This document shows, in pieces, positions 30,536 to 43,484 of a stretch of DNA of 64,000 bases; within the stretch, counting starts at the first letter, position 1, and the number at the start of each line of letters is the position of its first letter. A program made the position numbers and the translations under genes. The stretch is taken from NCBI GenBank assembly GCA_963727525.1, contig CAVSGO010000005.1, forward strand, positions 736,001 through 800,000, given 5' to 3'. The notes under the pieces were generated by a model, which saw nothing but the letters and a program-made list of their open reading frames with translations, did no database searches and was not told the origin of the DNA. This DNA is from an uncultured bacterium. GTDB taxonomy: Bacteria; Krumholzibacteriota; Krumholzibacteriia; LZORAL124-64-63.

Positions 30536-31136
30536 ATGACGACTGATAAACAAATATGGGATGACTTCCGAAAGGGTAACAGCTATGCATTGTCCCATAT
30601 CTACTATCAGCATGTTCAATTGCTGTTTCGCTACGGTAAAAAATTTAGTCAAAACGATGAATTAATAAAAGACAGCATACAGGACCTTTTTTTTGATTTA
30701 ATACGCACCCGCTCCCGACTTGGAGAAACTGACAACATTCAGTTTTATTTAATACGTTCGTTTCGGCGAAAACTTGTTCGGAATATAAAAGCTCAGAAAT
30801 TTGAAGAAATGGATAGTACCGCGATTTTACCGGAAGCTTTTATATATGTATTCAGCGGAACAGGAATTTATTGAAAAAGAGGAACTGACTGCGCGGGAAA
30901 AGATGGTACAAAAAGGGTTGAGTGAATTGAGTCCCAAACAGCGCGAAATTTTGTTTTATAAATTTACCTGTGAATTCGATTACGAACAGATTTGTGAAAT
31001 TATGCAACTGAAATATGATTCGGCCCGCAAACAGGTATTCAGAGCAGTAAAAGCTTTGAAGAAGGTTCTGCTGAAGAGTGGAACTTTTATATTGTTTGCA
31101 GGAATCTTTTCAAAAAGCTCTCCTCTGTTAAAATAA
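30536..31136 (+). CDS. ECF sigma-70 factor (one frameshift near 30.84 kb)
   Basis: Region 2 (LFRYG, DSIQDLFFDL) in ORF 30536-30874; region 4 (LSPKQREILFYKF, YEQICEIM) in ORF 30801-31136. Confidence 0.85.
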
Positions 31137-31233
31137 TTCCCCTGAAGTGTCTACAAAATCTTCATTGGTCCCTTTACTATTTAAAGACGGTGTTTTGTAT
31201 AACCGGTTCATAGATTTCGTTTAGTTAAGAATA

Positions 31234-31261
31234 GCGCTCAGTTTCAGGGCGCTTTTCTTTT
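31234..31261 (+). terminator. Intrinsic terminator between the ECF sigma gene and fecR
   Basis: AGCGCTC-agtttca-GGGCGCT followed by TTTCTTTT. Confidence 0.6.
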
Positions 31262-31442
31262 AAAGGAAAATCAACTTCATGCACGAATCATGGAAACTGT
31301 CACACCATTAGCTGAAAGAAAGTCAGGCATTTTCGATTCGATTATTAATTATTCGGATAGCAACAAAAAAATTTCCATGGAAAAGATGTCCACAAAAATC
31401 CGACGCCTGTCTTTTTATAAATATAAAGCTGCAAGTAACTAA

Positions 31443-32713
31443 ATGAAATCAATTTTTTTAACATATAGTCCCGAAGAACTGCTTGAAGAAAAATCTTTTA
31501 TCGCCTGGGTACTCCGGGGAAAAAATGACAAGGAATGGGTGAAATTCATTGACGATAATCCGGATTTTAAGATACGGCAAATAAAGCACGTAAAATAATT
31601 CTGTTACTCCGTGATACAAATGATATCCTGGACAAAGAATCGGTATTGGAAATATGGCAAAATATTGATCGGTTTGAACAAATTCAGCAGCAAAAGAGAA
31701 GAATTCCTGTATTCTGGAAAATTTTAACCCGGGCAGCTGCCGTACTGTTAATAATTTCAATGGGTACACTGGGTTACCTTTATCTGAATGAAAAGGATGA
31801 AAGCTATCAGTTCGAAACGGTTAAGGCAGATGGCAACAGCAAAGAAGCCCGATTAATGCTGAGTCACGGTCAGGAGGTAATTCTTAAACAAGATAATTCA
31901 AGCATTGATTTATCAAGGAGCAATCAACTGGTCATAAACAACGATAGCGTAATTGATCTTTCCACCCTTGAACCGGATGGAATTGAAATGAACGAGGTAA
32001 TTATCCCTTACGGGAAAAGTTCGGAACTTTTATTGTCAGACGGTACCAAAGTGTGGCTCAATGCAGGCACACGACTGGCGTTTCCTTCCAGGTTCAGCAA
32101 AAAAACACGCGAAGTTTACCTCGATGGTGAAGCCTGTTTTAAGGTGACAAAAAATGAAAGCCAGCCGTTTGTAGTAAATGTAGGGGAACTGGATTTAAAA
32201 GTACTGGGAACCTGGTTTAATGTTTCAGCATATACATCCGACGCCGATATTGAAACAGTTTTACTGGAAGGAAGTGTGGCATTAAGAAAACAAAAATTCT
32301 TAGGCCTCGGTACAAACGAAGTAATTTTAAAACCCAACCAAAGGGCAAATTACAATAAGCAGAATACTGAAATAAACATTTACGATGAACCCAACACAAC
32401 AATGTATATTGCCTGGACCGAAGGATGGCTGGAGTTTTCAAAAGAAAGTTTACAATCGGTCTTTACCCAGCTCGAAAGGTATTACGATGTTGAAATCATG
32501 CTGCCGGAAAGTTTTCCATCTTCCGGCTTGATTACAGGTAAACTTGATTTAAAAGATTCTTTGGAAGAAGTTTTAATTGCATTGGCCGATGTAGCCCAAA
32601 TAGATTACCGGATAGTAAACAACAAAATATTTATCGATAAAAAAATGAAAGAGATACCAACGCAAATAAAAAACGAAAGCCGGCAGGCGGCCAGGCCTGG
32701 CGACTTTCAATAA
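31443..32713 (+). CDS. FecR-family anti-sigma factor (frameshift near 31.58 kb)
   Basis: N-terminus ELLEEKSFIAWV from ATG 31443; TM segment; LSDGTKVWLNAGT, REVYLDGEA, VLGTWFNV, QLERYYDV. Confidence 0.88.
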
Positions 32714-32749
32714 ATTAAATAAAGTATTTAATCTAAACAATTCAAAATT

Positions 32750-35700
32750 ATGAAAAAAAAGCGAACAATGCTGCGCTTTCCGGGAGGAAGCATGGTGAAA
32801 ATTCTACTAAAGATGAAACTTTTGATTATTTTGATGCTTGCTGTTGTTGCTGTTTCAACAGCTAACAATACCTACTCGCAGGCAATAAAATTTGACCTGA
32901 AACTAAACGATGTAACTGTAAAACAGGTTTTTCAGGAAATCGAGGAAAACAGTGAGTTTATCCTGCTGTACAACGAAAAAGCGTTGAATATAAACCGCAG
33001 GGTAAATGTGAAGGTCAAAAATGAACCTGTTGAATCAATTCTCGACCAGGTGTTTGAGGGCACCCGACAATGTCTATCGGATTTACGACAGACAAATTGT
33101 AATCCTGGAAGATGAAAATGCCGATACTCCGGCTACTCTGAAAACAAATGCTGCGGAAGCAGCAAATTCACAACAGCAGAAACAGGTTATTACCGGAATG
33201 GTAACCGATAGAAATGGTCAGCCGCTGCCCGGAGTTTCAGTGGTTGTGAAAGGGACTACTACCGGCACGGTAACCGGTACTGACGGAACATTCTCATTGA
33301 CCGTTCCGGATGATGTTCAATCGCTTCAATTCTCTTTTGTGGGAATGAAAACCAAAGATGTTCCGCTGGAAGGACAAACATCGGTTAATGTTGCAATGGA
33401 AGAAGATGTAGTTGGAATGGACGAGGTGATTGTTGTTGGTTACGGTACACAAAAGAAAAGTGATATTACCGGTACTGTTGCTTCGGTGCCCAACGAAAGA
33501 TTGGAAATGGTTCCCAACATTGATATTGCGCAGGCTATTCAGGGGGCAATTCCGGGAATTATGATTCAAACTATCATCGGCCGGCGCTGCACCGAATGAA
33601 AACATAATGATACGTGGCCGTAATTCAATCCGAGCAAGTAACAATCCTCTGATTGTTGTGGATGGTATTCCTTATGGTGGCAATCTCAGCGACATCAATA
33701 TAAACGACGTAAAATCGATAGAGGTTTTAAAAGATGCTTCGGCAGCTGCTATTTATGGTTCACGCGGCGCAAATGGCGTTATACTGGTGTACAACAAAAA
33801 CAGGAAGTGCAAAACAATCAGCTGATAAGTTATGACGGATATTATTCCGATTCAGGATTTTGTTAAACTTCCCGACGTAATGAACGGTGAGGAATTCTAT
33901 AATTTTAAACAGCAAAGATGGCCGGATGCAATGACATTTGTCAGAAGAAGCCATTTATGAAGCCGGCCCGGATGCATGGGTTGACTGGCTCGATTTAGGT
34001 TTGCGAAAAGGTCACAGCCAGCAACATAACCTTTCTGCTTCAGGAACCTGCGGAAATACAAATTATTACATTGCCGGCGGAGTGCTGGATGTACAGGGGC
34101 TGTCTGGAAAATGACGATTACTTTCGACTGACAAGCAGGATTAATGTGGATACAAAATTCGGCAAATGGCTTACGCTCGGCACCCGAACACAATTTAGTT
34201 ACGATGATAAAAGCGGAAGTTCACCAAGTATTGAAGGTTTGTTTTGGATGAATCCATTGACAAAGAACCTGGATGAAAATGGAAATTATCTTGATCTATC
34301 CCTGGAGTGAAGATACTTTTTTTGAACATCCGATGGCGCCGACACTTTATAAGAACAAGGATGAATCTTACCAGATTTTAACGAATAATTATGCCATTGT
34401 CGATGTGCCTTTTATTCCCGGTTTAAGTTACAGGCTAAATTCCGGTATCCGGTTTAGGTTTAATGATGATGCTACCTACAGGGGCCGAAATACCAAATCA
34501 GGTTATGAAGCCAACGGACGGGCAGAAACTAAACGCGCCCGGCACAACAATGCGGTGATAGAAAATATACTTTCCTATAAAAGAGAGTTTGAAAAACACA
34601 GTTTGTTTTTAACCGGTGTTTACAGTTATGAAAATGATAAATACAGCTCAAACGGATTAAGTGCACGGGGTTTTCCGCACGATTTTCTTACCTGGTATTC
34701 TGCTGCCCAGGCAGAATTTCCGTTCCCGAATATCTGTTTAACGAAACCACTTTAATATCACAGATGCTGCGTCTGAATTACGTTTATAATGAGTCGTTAT
34801 CTTTTAACGGTAACCGGCAGGAGAGATGGATTTTCTGGTTTTGGGGCAAGTACAAAATGGGGATTGTTTCCATCGGTGGCTTTGGGCTGGAACATTGCCA
34901 ATGAAGATTTTTTCCCGGCAAATGATCTTGTTAATGAATTAAAGTTGAGAGCTTCCTGGGGATTGAACGGAAATCAGGCTGTTGGAGCTTATGAATCAAT
35001 TTCAAGATTAAGTGAAGAAAATATGGTATATGGCAAAACGACCTACGCCGGTTATATTCCCAGTGTACTGGGACAAGACGAACTTGGATGGGAATCGTCA
35101 CGGACAATCAATTTTGGAGTGGATGTGGGTTTGTTAAACAACCGGTTTACAGGAACAGTCAATGTTTATAAAACCAATACAACTGATTTGTTGCTGAACA
35201 GAACAATTTCGTCGGTACACGGTATTACTTCAATCACCCAAAATATTGGTGAAACCCAAAATACAGGGTTTGAAGTTTCACTTAACTTCCAGAAATATAG
35301 TTTCAGGCGACTTTAAATGGTTCACTTCAGGAAATTTGTCGTATATGAAAAATGAAATAGTTTCACTTTACGGAACACTGGATGACGAAGGAAAAGAAAT
35401 TGATGACGTTGCCAATGCGTGGTTTATCGGAGAACCAATCCGCGTGAATTACGATTGGGCCTGGGATGGCGTTTGGCAGCTCGATGAAGCGGAAGAAGCT
35501 GCAAAATATGGTTCCCAACCCGGTTTTGTAAAATTGAGGGATGTTAATAACGACGGCCAGTTGACAGGTGAAGATCGTGTAATCATCGGTCAGCAGGATC
35601 CTAAATTTTTATGGGGAATGACCAACTCATTCTCATATAAAAATTTCAGCCTCAATATTTTCATGCATGGCGTTCACGGCGTTACGCGACATAATTCGCT

Positions 35701-36062
35701 GATGACTGATGAAGACACCTATTCCCAGGCTCGGAGAAGAACCATCAATAAAAATTACTGGACACCGGAAAATCCGACAAACGACTGGGTGGCAAATGTT
35801 GTTGATGCTGAACGGATGTCAGGGATTATAGGTAATTTTTATGAAAATGCGAGTTTTGTTCGAATCAAAGACATATCATTATCCTATGATTTTTCACAAA
35901 ATACTGTTGGAGAAACTTCGCTTAAACAGATTAAGACTTTACATAACCGGCCGCAACCTGTTTACTTTTACCGAATGGTCTGGCCTGGATCCGGAGTTAA
36001 GTTCTCAGGTAGCAACACCTCTGCAAAAAGAGTTTGTTTTTGGTATAAATTTAAGTTTGTAG
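32750..36062 (+). CDS. susC: SusC/RagA TonB-dependent transporter with N-terminal signalling extension (multiple frameshifts)
   Basis: STN-like N-terminus, PLPGVSVVVKGTT, EVIVVGYGTQKK, IEVLKDASAAAIYGSRGANGVIL, LFPSVALGW, SGLDPE, C-terminal FGINLSL, split over several ORFs. Confidence 0.9.
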
Positions 36063-36074
36063 AATAAATTTAAA

Positions 36075-37809
36075 ATGAAAATTATGAAATTAAATATTAC
36101 AGTTGCAGCCAGTTTTTTATTTGTATTGATTTTGTTTGGCTGCTCGGAAGAGATGTTGGATGAAAAACCCCCGCACCTGATAACGACCGAAACATTGTAT
36201 ACTTCTTTAGATGGCTTTGAAACCGGGTTAAACGGTTTGTATGCGTTCGTTAGAGAAGAACGGACAGGTTTGAGAAACAACAGCAGTTGGAGCAAAAATG
36301 AAACGTTTATGTCGGGTACTGATGTTTTGCTCACGAATTCTGAAAATTCAGGCGGAGGATTCGGACGGATTGCTTTGCGTTGGGGCGACGAAATAACCCC
36401 GAATACATCGAATTTATCGACGGCATGTTTACATGGTTGTATCAAATAGTAAATTCTGCAAATACTATTATTAATCAAGCTGAAAGCAAAACGGACGTCG
36501 ACTGGTCAGGTGGCAACGGAACTGCCGAAGAGAATAAAAACAGAGTCATTGCAGAGGCAAGGGCTATCCGCGCATGGGCATACCGGCATCTTTCTTTTGG
36601 ATGGGGAGATGTTCCTTTAAACCTAAGTGAAGCTCTTGGTTCAACAATTAAAACCGATTGGGAAAGAACTCCCGTGGCCGAAGTACGGAAAGCAAATAAT
36701 GTCGGATTTTTTATTTGCTGAAAAATATGTTCCGGTTGAACCTGATCTTCCCGGAAAAATTACAAAAGGGGCAATTCAGCATTATCTGGCCGAAATGTAC
36801 CTGGTATTGGATAAACCCGACAGCGCATTGTACTGGGCAAATCAGGTGATAAATACTCCGGAATACAAGTTAGTTACAGAAAGATATGGCGTTCAGGCCG
36901 ATCAACCCGGCGTTCCTTTTATGACATGTTTTTGAAGGAAACCAAAACCGCTACCAGGGAAATACGGAAGCATTGTGGGTACACCAGTTTGCACGGGAAA
37001 CTGTTGGTGGTGGCGTAGTTCATACGGTGGTATCACATGCCAGCCGGTATGCAAATATCAATGTCGACGGAGTAAGGCCGTTTACCAATACTGTTGATAG
37101 AGGTGGCAGGGGATCTACACGAATGTCGTTGTCGCAATATGCACTTGAACTTTACAAATGGCCTGAATCCGGCCCTGTTACAAAATCTGATATCTTGAAT
37201 TTTAAGGATGACCGGCTTTCCCCGTTTGCCATCAGATGGTTTTATATTTTAAAAGACGCAGAAGGAAATGCTCCCTATGACGCCGATCGTTTACCCCCGG
37301 GATATGAATATGGCGATACAATCTGGACGAGTTGGGACGAACCAATTACATTCGATACCAGAACCCGGGTAACCTGGCCGTGGTCAAAGAAAGTGGCTGC
37401 AGGTGTTGATCCAAATAATCCGGATGGAGGAAGTACTTATGGCGATCAGGTGTATTTGCGGCTTGCCGAAACTTATCTTATTAAGGCAGAAGCTCAGTTC
37501 AAGTTGGGAAATCGGAAGGGGCAGCCGAAACAATAAATATTATACAGAAGGCGATCGCATACCAGCGAAATAACTGCCAGCGATGTTTCTCTCGATTTTA
37601 TTCTGGACGAACGGGCGCGCGAACTTGTTGTTGAAGAACACAGGCGGTGGACTTTGTTGAGAACAAACAAATGGATGGAGAGAACAAAGTTGTACAATAC
37701 AAATGGTGGCGATTTAATTACTGAACGTGATAAATTATTTCCGATACCACAATCTGTAATTGATGCAAATCTTACAGCACCAATGCCTCAGAATCCGGGG
37801 TATAATTAA
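36075..37809 (+). CDS. susD: SusD/RagB lipoprotein (multiple frameshifts)
   Basis: LFG-C lipobox, EARAIRAWAY, WGDVPL, LRLAETYLIKAEA, ILDERAREL, C-terminal QNPGYN. Confidence 0.88.
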
Positions 37810-37860
37810 ATCCGGATGGTATATCAACATCAACTGTCCTAAAATATGTTGTAACTATTA

Positions 37861-37898
37861 AAAAATACGGATCACATAAAACTGGTCCGTATTTTTTT
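37861..37898 (+). terminator. Intrinsic terminator after susD
   Basis: AAAAATACGGATCA...TGGTCCGTATTTTTTT. Confidence 0.7.
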
Positions 37899-37947
37899 GT
37901 TTACATTTTGTGTTCAGATATTTTCGAAACTGAATAATGAGATTGAA

Positions 37948-39040
37948 ATGATAAAAATATTGTTGCTGCTATGTACCTTGTTTCATTGTTGAGTATGGCA
38001 TGAACTGGATAGGACAAATAAATGATAACATACCCATTTCGAAAAGTAGAGCCCGAATTATTACTGATACTGTTAAATGGGACACAGATGATCCTGCAAT
38101 TTGGATAAATCACAAAAACCGGAAAAAGAGCTTGGTAATAGGAACGGATAAAAATACAGATGGAGCTCTTTACGCATTTAACTGAAAGGATGAAATAGTT
38201 AAACGTGCAGGAGGATTACGAAGGCCAAACAATGTGGACATTGCTTATGGTTTTAAAATGAATGGACATTTAATTGATATCGCAGTAGTTACAGAAAGGG
38301 AAGCACAGCGGCTTGCGCATATTTCGTTTACCTGATCTTCAGGTTTTAGATGCAGGTGAATTTAACTGTATTTGATGGCGATAAAAACCGGGCTCCAATG
38401 GGAATTGCATTGTATAAACGGCCGACAGATATGCTATTTTTGCTTTTGTCAGCGGAAAATCAGGCCCGACGCAAGGCTATATTAATCAATATCGAATTGA
38501 ATGTGACGAATGGGAAATATAGAAATGAAACCTGTTCGTTCTTTCGGCCGGTATTCAGGAAAAAAAGAAATTGAATCCATTGCTGTTGACGAGGAATTAG
38601 GTTATGTATATTATTCTGACGAAACAGTCGGAGTAAGAAAATATCATGCTGATCCGGATGCAGTCGACAGCAGATAAAGAACTGGCACTATTTGGTACTC
38701 AAGGATTCGCAGAGGACCATGAAGGGATTTCAATTTATAAAACAACAGATACTACCGGGTATATTCTGGTTTCAGATCAACAGGCAAATCAATTCCGGAT
38801 TTTTACCAGAGAAGGAACCGCGGCCAATCCGCATGAACATGTATTTGTAAAAATTATAAAAGTCCAGCAGAACAAAGCGATGGCAAGTGAAACAACAAAC
38901 ATTCTTGCCTGGATTTTCCTGCCGGAATGTTTGTTGTTATGTCGCAGGGGAAAACTTTTCACTATTATTCGTGGGAAGATATTGCCGGTAATGATCTCAA
39001 AAAATGCAACTCCGTCAAGAATAGAATCGATGCCAAATAA
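37948..39040 (+). CDS. Beta-propeller phytase (3-phytase), multiple frameshifts
   Basis: DTDDPAIWI, SLVIGTDK, RPNNVDIAYG, PMGIALYK, EIESIAVD, DHEGISIY, GYILVSDQ motifs across frames. Confidence 0.85.
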
Positions 39041-40323
39041 AATCAGTTTTAGAAGATATCATCTTATCGCCGGAAGCGGCCGGGTTGTGTCTTTCTGATT
39101 AGTATTTATCTGTTGTTTTCTCCAGGTATATTACTTTCACAAAATGTTGCTGAAAAATTTAGCCAGCCGGTAATTAAAGTGGATACCCCTAATCCAACTG
39201 CAGATAAGCCACAATCAAAACTATGGTACATGGACAATTGCTGGTGGGCGATTCTTCCCCGCAATTCCGGGCCTTCCTTATGGCAGCGAACCGAGAACGG
39301 TTGGAAGGAAGTTCCCGAAATTAACAAAGCACTTCAGGGGGTACCTGGCCGGGTTGATATTTGGGCAGAAAAGAATAGCATTACTGCGGTTGGTGTGGAT
39401 GAAACTAAACTTGTAGTATTTCATCTCGAATCGCGAATATCAAAGTATAATGGCCTGCGGTGGAAAACACAAATAAAGACAACTTTGTATCCTCCCTCCG
39501 GAAACGAAAGGTTTGAAACTGCTACTATTGCACGGGATAAAAAGGGTGTATTTTGGGTAGCTGCAACTGCAGGTAAAAAAGTCTGTGTGTGGAATTCAGT
39601 TGCGAAAAATAAAAAATGGAACGGACCTTTTATTTTAGCTGAAGGAATAGATAATGATGATATATGCACGATTGCATCATTACCCGATGGAGTTGGAGTT
39701 ATTTGGTCGAACCAGGTACTGGATGCTGTATTGTTTCGTGTTCATAAAAACAATAAGCCTGATTCAGTTTGGGAGATAACAGAAATTGTTGCAGCCGGCA
39801 ACAAAACAGCCGATGATCATTTGAATACTGCAATTACTCCTGATGGAACTTTATGGGTAGCTACAAAAAACAGCCTCGATAGCGTTGGTAAACCGCAATT
39901 TATATTAAGGGTTCGCAATTCCGAAAAATGGATGGAGCAATTATCCCTATTTGATTGTTGGATACAATTGAACATCCAAGCCGCCCGATCATTATTTCCA
40001 CAGACGAAAATCCACCGGTAATTTTAAGCGGACATACCATTTATAATACAAAAAATTCATTTCTTGGAAATATTGAATTTGGAATAATCGATACAACAAC
40101 ATCATCAGTTTTAATAAAATCCGCAACTGTGATTTCTCCGGATACCATCAACTGGAAAAAGGATAACCGCATAAACGATGTAACTTCCTCAAAAAAACCA
40201 TTTCCCAAAAATGCCCCATGGATTGTCCTGGCATCCGACAAGGAAGGCAATATTTATGAAGCTGATTTATCGTTGTTTTTGAAACACTTTGAAAATCAGG
40301 AGGAGAAAAGTTACAAACGATGA
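39030..40323 (+). CDS. Exported hypothetical protein, likely beta-propeller (frameshifted)
   Basis: ORFs 39113-40021 and 39955-40323 join; DKPQSKLWY, ADDHLN, GTLWVATK and SRPII motifs. Confidence 0.6.
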
Positions 40324-40380
40324 AATATTGCCTGAAATGTCACTATTCATATGATCCAAAGAAGCAGCCAAGTGGAGCAT

Positions 40381-40510
40381 CTGAAGGGTTTTCAATGCTA
40401 CACCGGCATTACCATCTCTATACCATCAATATACCATCACTATGTATAATTGAATTTAATCCGTCCCTGGTATATCGAATGTATAGCGAAAGTATAGGGA
40501 AGGTACAGCC
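40381..40510. repeat. Degenerate 11-bp-periodic inverted-repeat element (copy 1)
   Basis: TATACCATCA-type 11-mers followed by inverted GTATAGCGAA-type 11-mers around GAATTTAATCCG; homologous to 56668-56780. Confidence 0.6.
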
Positions 40511-40778
40511 TCTGCAAGAAAAATTTGTGATACTCGTTTGAATAAATGAAGATTGATGTCTAAACTATTTTTACTCCACCGGAAAATTAAATTGATTCAT
40601 TTTTTATCCGGTGATTCTTATTGCATATTTTTCTTTAATACGGAGAGAAATGGCAACACTGTTAGGTAGATTTATATTACTTATGTCAGCCGGTCAACAT
40701 CTGCGGTGTGAATCTTTTGATGAAAATAAATAAACCACTGTAAAATATAATTTTACAATGGTTTTACATCATCAAATG

Positions 40779-40852
<74 letters not shown>

Positions 40853-40945
40853 AGCCTTTTTTTATTTGCGGTGCAAATATATAAATTTTACCACGGTTTA
40901 AAAGCCACTTTAAAAAAAATCCCGGCATTTAACCGGGATAGTATT

Positions 40946-41980
40946 TTATAGCAGATGAATTCCGTTTACTTTGCATTTTTGAATCATTTCATCGGGCCAG
41001 ATACTGGATTGAATTTCGCCGATATGGGCTTTGCGCAGAAAGTACATGCACAACCTCGACTGGCCGATTCCACCGCCAATACTCAGCGGCAGTTCGTCAT
41101 TAAGCAGCATTTTATGCCACATCAGTTCTTTACGTTCTTCCAGTCCTCTTTGCTTTAGTTGCTCCAGCATGGCATTTTTATCGACCCGGATTCCCATGGA
41201 TGAAATTTCGAATGCCCGGTCCAGAATATTATTCCAGAGAATAATATCGCCGTTCAGTCCTTTGCGGCCGTTTTCCGTTGGTGTTGTCCAGTCATCGTAA
41301 TCGGGTGCACGGCCGTCGTGGATGCCGCCTCCCGGAATTTCGCCACCAATACCAATAACAAAAATAGCCCCGTGTTTTTTGGCTGCTTTTGTTTCCCGTT
41401 CAAAAGGAGTGAGATCAGGATATTTTTCTGCCAGTTCTTCCGAATGAATAAAAGTAATTTCTTCGGGCAATTGTGGTTTAATTTCCGGATAATTGTCATT
41501 AATGAGGAATTCTGTCCGCACAAGTGCTGAATATATTTTCCGTACAACTTTTTTCAAAAACTGAAGATTTCGTTCATCTTCCGAAATTACACGTTCCCAG
41601 TCCCACTGGTCAACATACAGCGAATGAATGTTGGTCAGTTCTTCATCGGGCCTGATGGCATTCATATCGGTATAAATTCCATAGCCTTTTTCGATGCCCA
41701 AATCTGCAAGCGCCAGTCTTTTCCATTTTGCCAGCGACTGCACAATTTCAGCCACCTGTTCGTTCATTTCCTTAATCGGAAACGAAACCGGGCGTTCAAT
41801 TCCATTCAAATCATCGTTAACCCCGGTTCCCTGCTTTACAAACAAGGGCGCAGTGACACTGCGTAACCTCAGTTCGGAAGCCAGGTTCGACTGGAAAAAA
41901 TCTTTTAGTAATTTAATCGCCTGTTCGGTTTGGTTAACATCCAGTACCGACTTGTAATTTTTTGGAATAAATAATTTCAT
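40946..41980 (-). CDS. asnA: Aspartate--ammonia ligase
   Basis: NDDLNGIERPV, VQSLAKWKR, HSLYVDQWDWE, DGRAPDYDDW, SIGGGIGQSRL. Confidence 0.96.
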   Translation of the reverse strand: MKLFIPKNYKSVLDVNQTEQAIKLLKDFFQSNLASELRLRSVTAPLFVKQGTGVNDDLNGIERPVSFPIKEMNEQVAEIVQSLAKWKRLALADLGIEKGYGIYTDMNAIRPDEELTNIHSLYVDQWDWERVISEDERNLQFLKKVVRKIYSALVRTEFLINDNYPEIKPQLPEEITFIHSEELAEKYPDLTPFERETKAAKKHGAIFVIGIGGEIPGGGIHDGRAPDYDDWTTPTENGRKGLNGDIILWNNILDRAFEISSMGIRVDKNAMLEQLKQRGLEERKELMWHKMLLNDELPLSIGGGIGQSRLCMYFLRKAHIGEIQSSIWPDEMIQKCKVNGIHLL

Positions 41981-42270
41981 TTTATATTTATTGTATTTAA
42001 TGTATTCAATTTAAGGCAGCTGCAAAAAGTCATCCGATGAATTCTGTTTTAAAATGCTGTATGAGATTCATCGGATGATTTCCATGTCCTGTTAAAGGCA
42101 AAAATAAGATTCTGCTTTCAATTTGAAAGAAAATATTACATAAAACTTTCATAATACTTTACAAAAAGAACAAAAAATAAATTAATGTTTAATAAAAGGT
42201 TCTGCATATTTTATTATAATCCAAAGTGATTTTTACTTTTGTATCTAATATCAAAATTACCAAAAAATTA

Positions 42271-43464
42271 GTGTCGCGAATCAGTAAAAATATAACCGAA
42301 GCTTTACCTGATTAAAATCTCAAAATGGTTTAACCTGGTGATGCCTGTGGTGGTTCTTTTTTACCAGTCGAATGGGATGGGAATGCACGAAATTTTTGTG
42401 CTGAAGGCCATTTATTCGCTGGCTATTGTTGCAATGGAAATTCCTTCGGGCTGGATGGCCGATGTGTGGGGACGAAAAAAGACATTGATTCTTGGAAGTA
42501 TTCTGGGCAGTGCAGGATTTTTAATTTACAGTTTTTCGTATGGTTTTTGGGCATTTGCAGTAGCCGAAATTATTCTGGGTATTGGCCATTCCTTTGTTTC
42601 AGGCGCCGATTCGGCCATGCTTTTTGATACATTAAAAGCACAGGATAAAACAAGCGAATACGTGAAACAGGAAGGCCGGATAACATCGGCAGGTAATTTT
42701 GCTGAAGCAATTGCAGGTATTGCAGGTGGTTTTCTGGCAGCCATCAGTTTACGTACTCCGTTTTATTTTCAGTTTGCTGTTGCTGCAATTGCCATTCCCG
42801 CTGCTTTAACATTGATAGAACCAAAATTTCATTCAACAGAACATATTCATTCCATTAAAAAACTGATACAAAATATCGGTAAAACCTTTTTATCGGACCA
42901 AAACCTGAGAATCGCGATTTTGTTATCGGCTGTTACCGGAACAGCCACATTGACTTTTGCCTGGTTTGTGCAGCCTTTTTTTAAAGCCATCGGGCTGCCG
43001 GTTGAATGGTTTGGAATATTGTGGACCTGCCTGAATCTGACCGTTGGGATTTCATCGGTTTTTGCATATCAGGTTGAAATATGGCTAGGGAAAAAATGGT
43101 CGGTGTTACTTGATAATTATGTTGCTTTCGGCCGGTTATTTTTTATCCGGATTATCCATTTCCTGGGTGAGGAATTGGTTTTTTGTTTCTCTTTTACCTG
43201 GTACGCGGCATTGCAACTCCCATCCTAAAAAATTACATCAACCTATATACTGACAGCGAAGTGCGGGCAACAATGCTGTCGGTGCGAAATTTTGTTATCC
43301 GGATAAGTTTTGCCGTAATTGGGCCGTTGCTAGGTTGGATAACTGATAATATTAATCTGAAATCTGCATTTATTCTGGCCGGCGGAATTTATCTGGTTGC
43401 TGCTTTAATTATTGTTTTGCCGTGGTTAAAACCAGTGAAAACAAGGGGAATTAGAATAATCTGA
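42271..43464 (+). CDS. MFS transporter (frameshifted)
   Basis: MEIPSGWMADVWGRKKTL motif A, SGADSAMLFD, RATMLS; about 12 TM segments over joined ORFs. Confidence 0.85.
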
Positions 43465-43484
43465 ATTTTTCTTTAAATCTGGAA

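Noticed and set aside
31217..31229. TCGTTTAGTTAAG matching part of the IS4 terminal repeat (possible composite transposon end)
   Set aside because: Lacks the terminal CAATG and has no adjacent transposase; better explained as part of the candidate sRNA/terminator.
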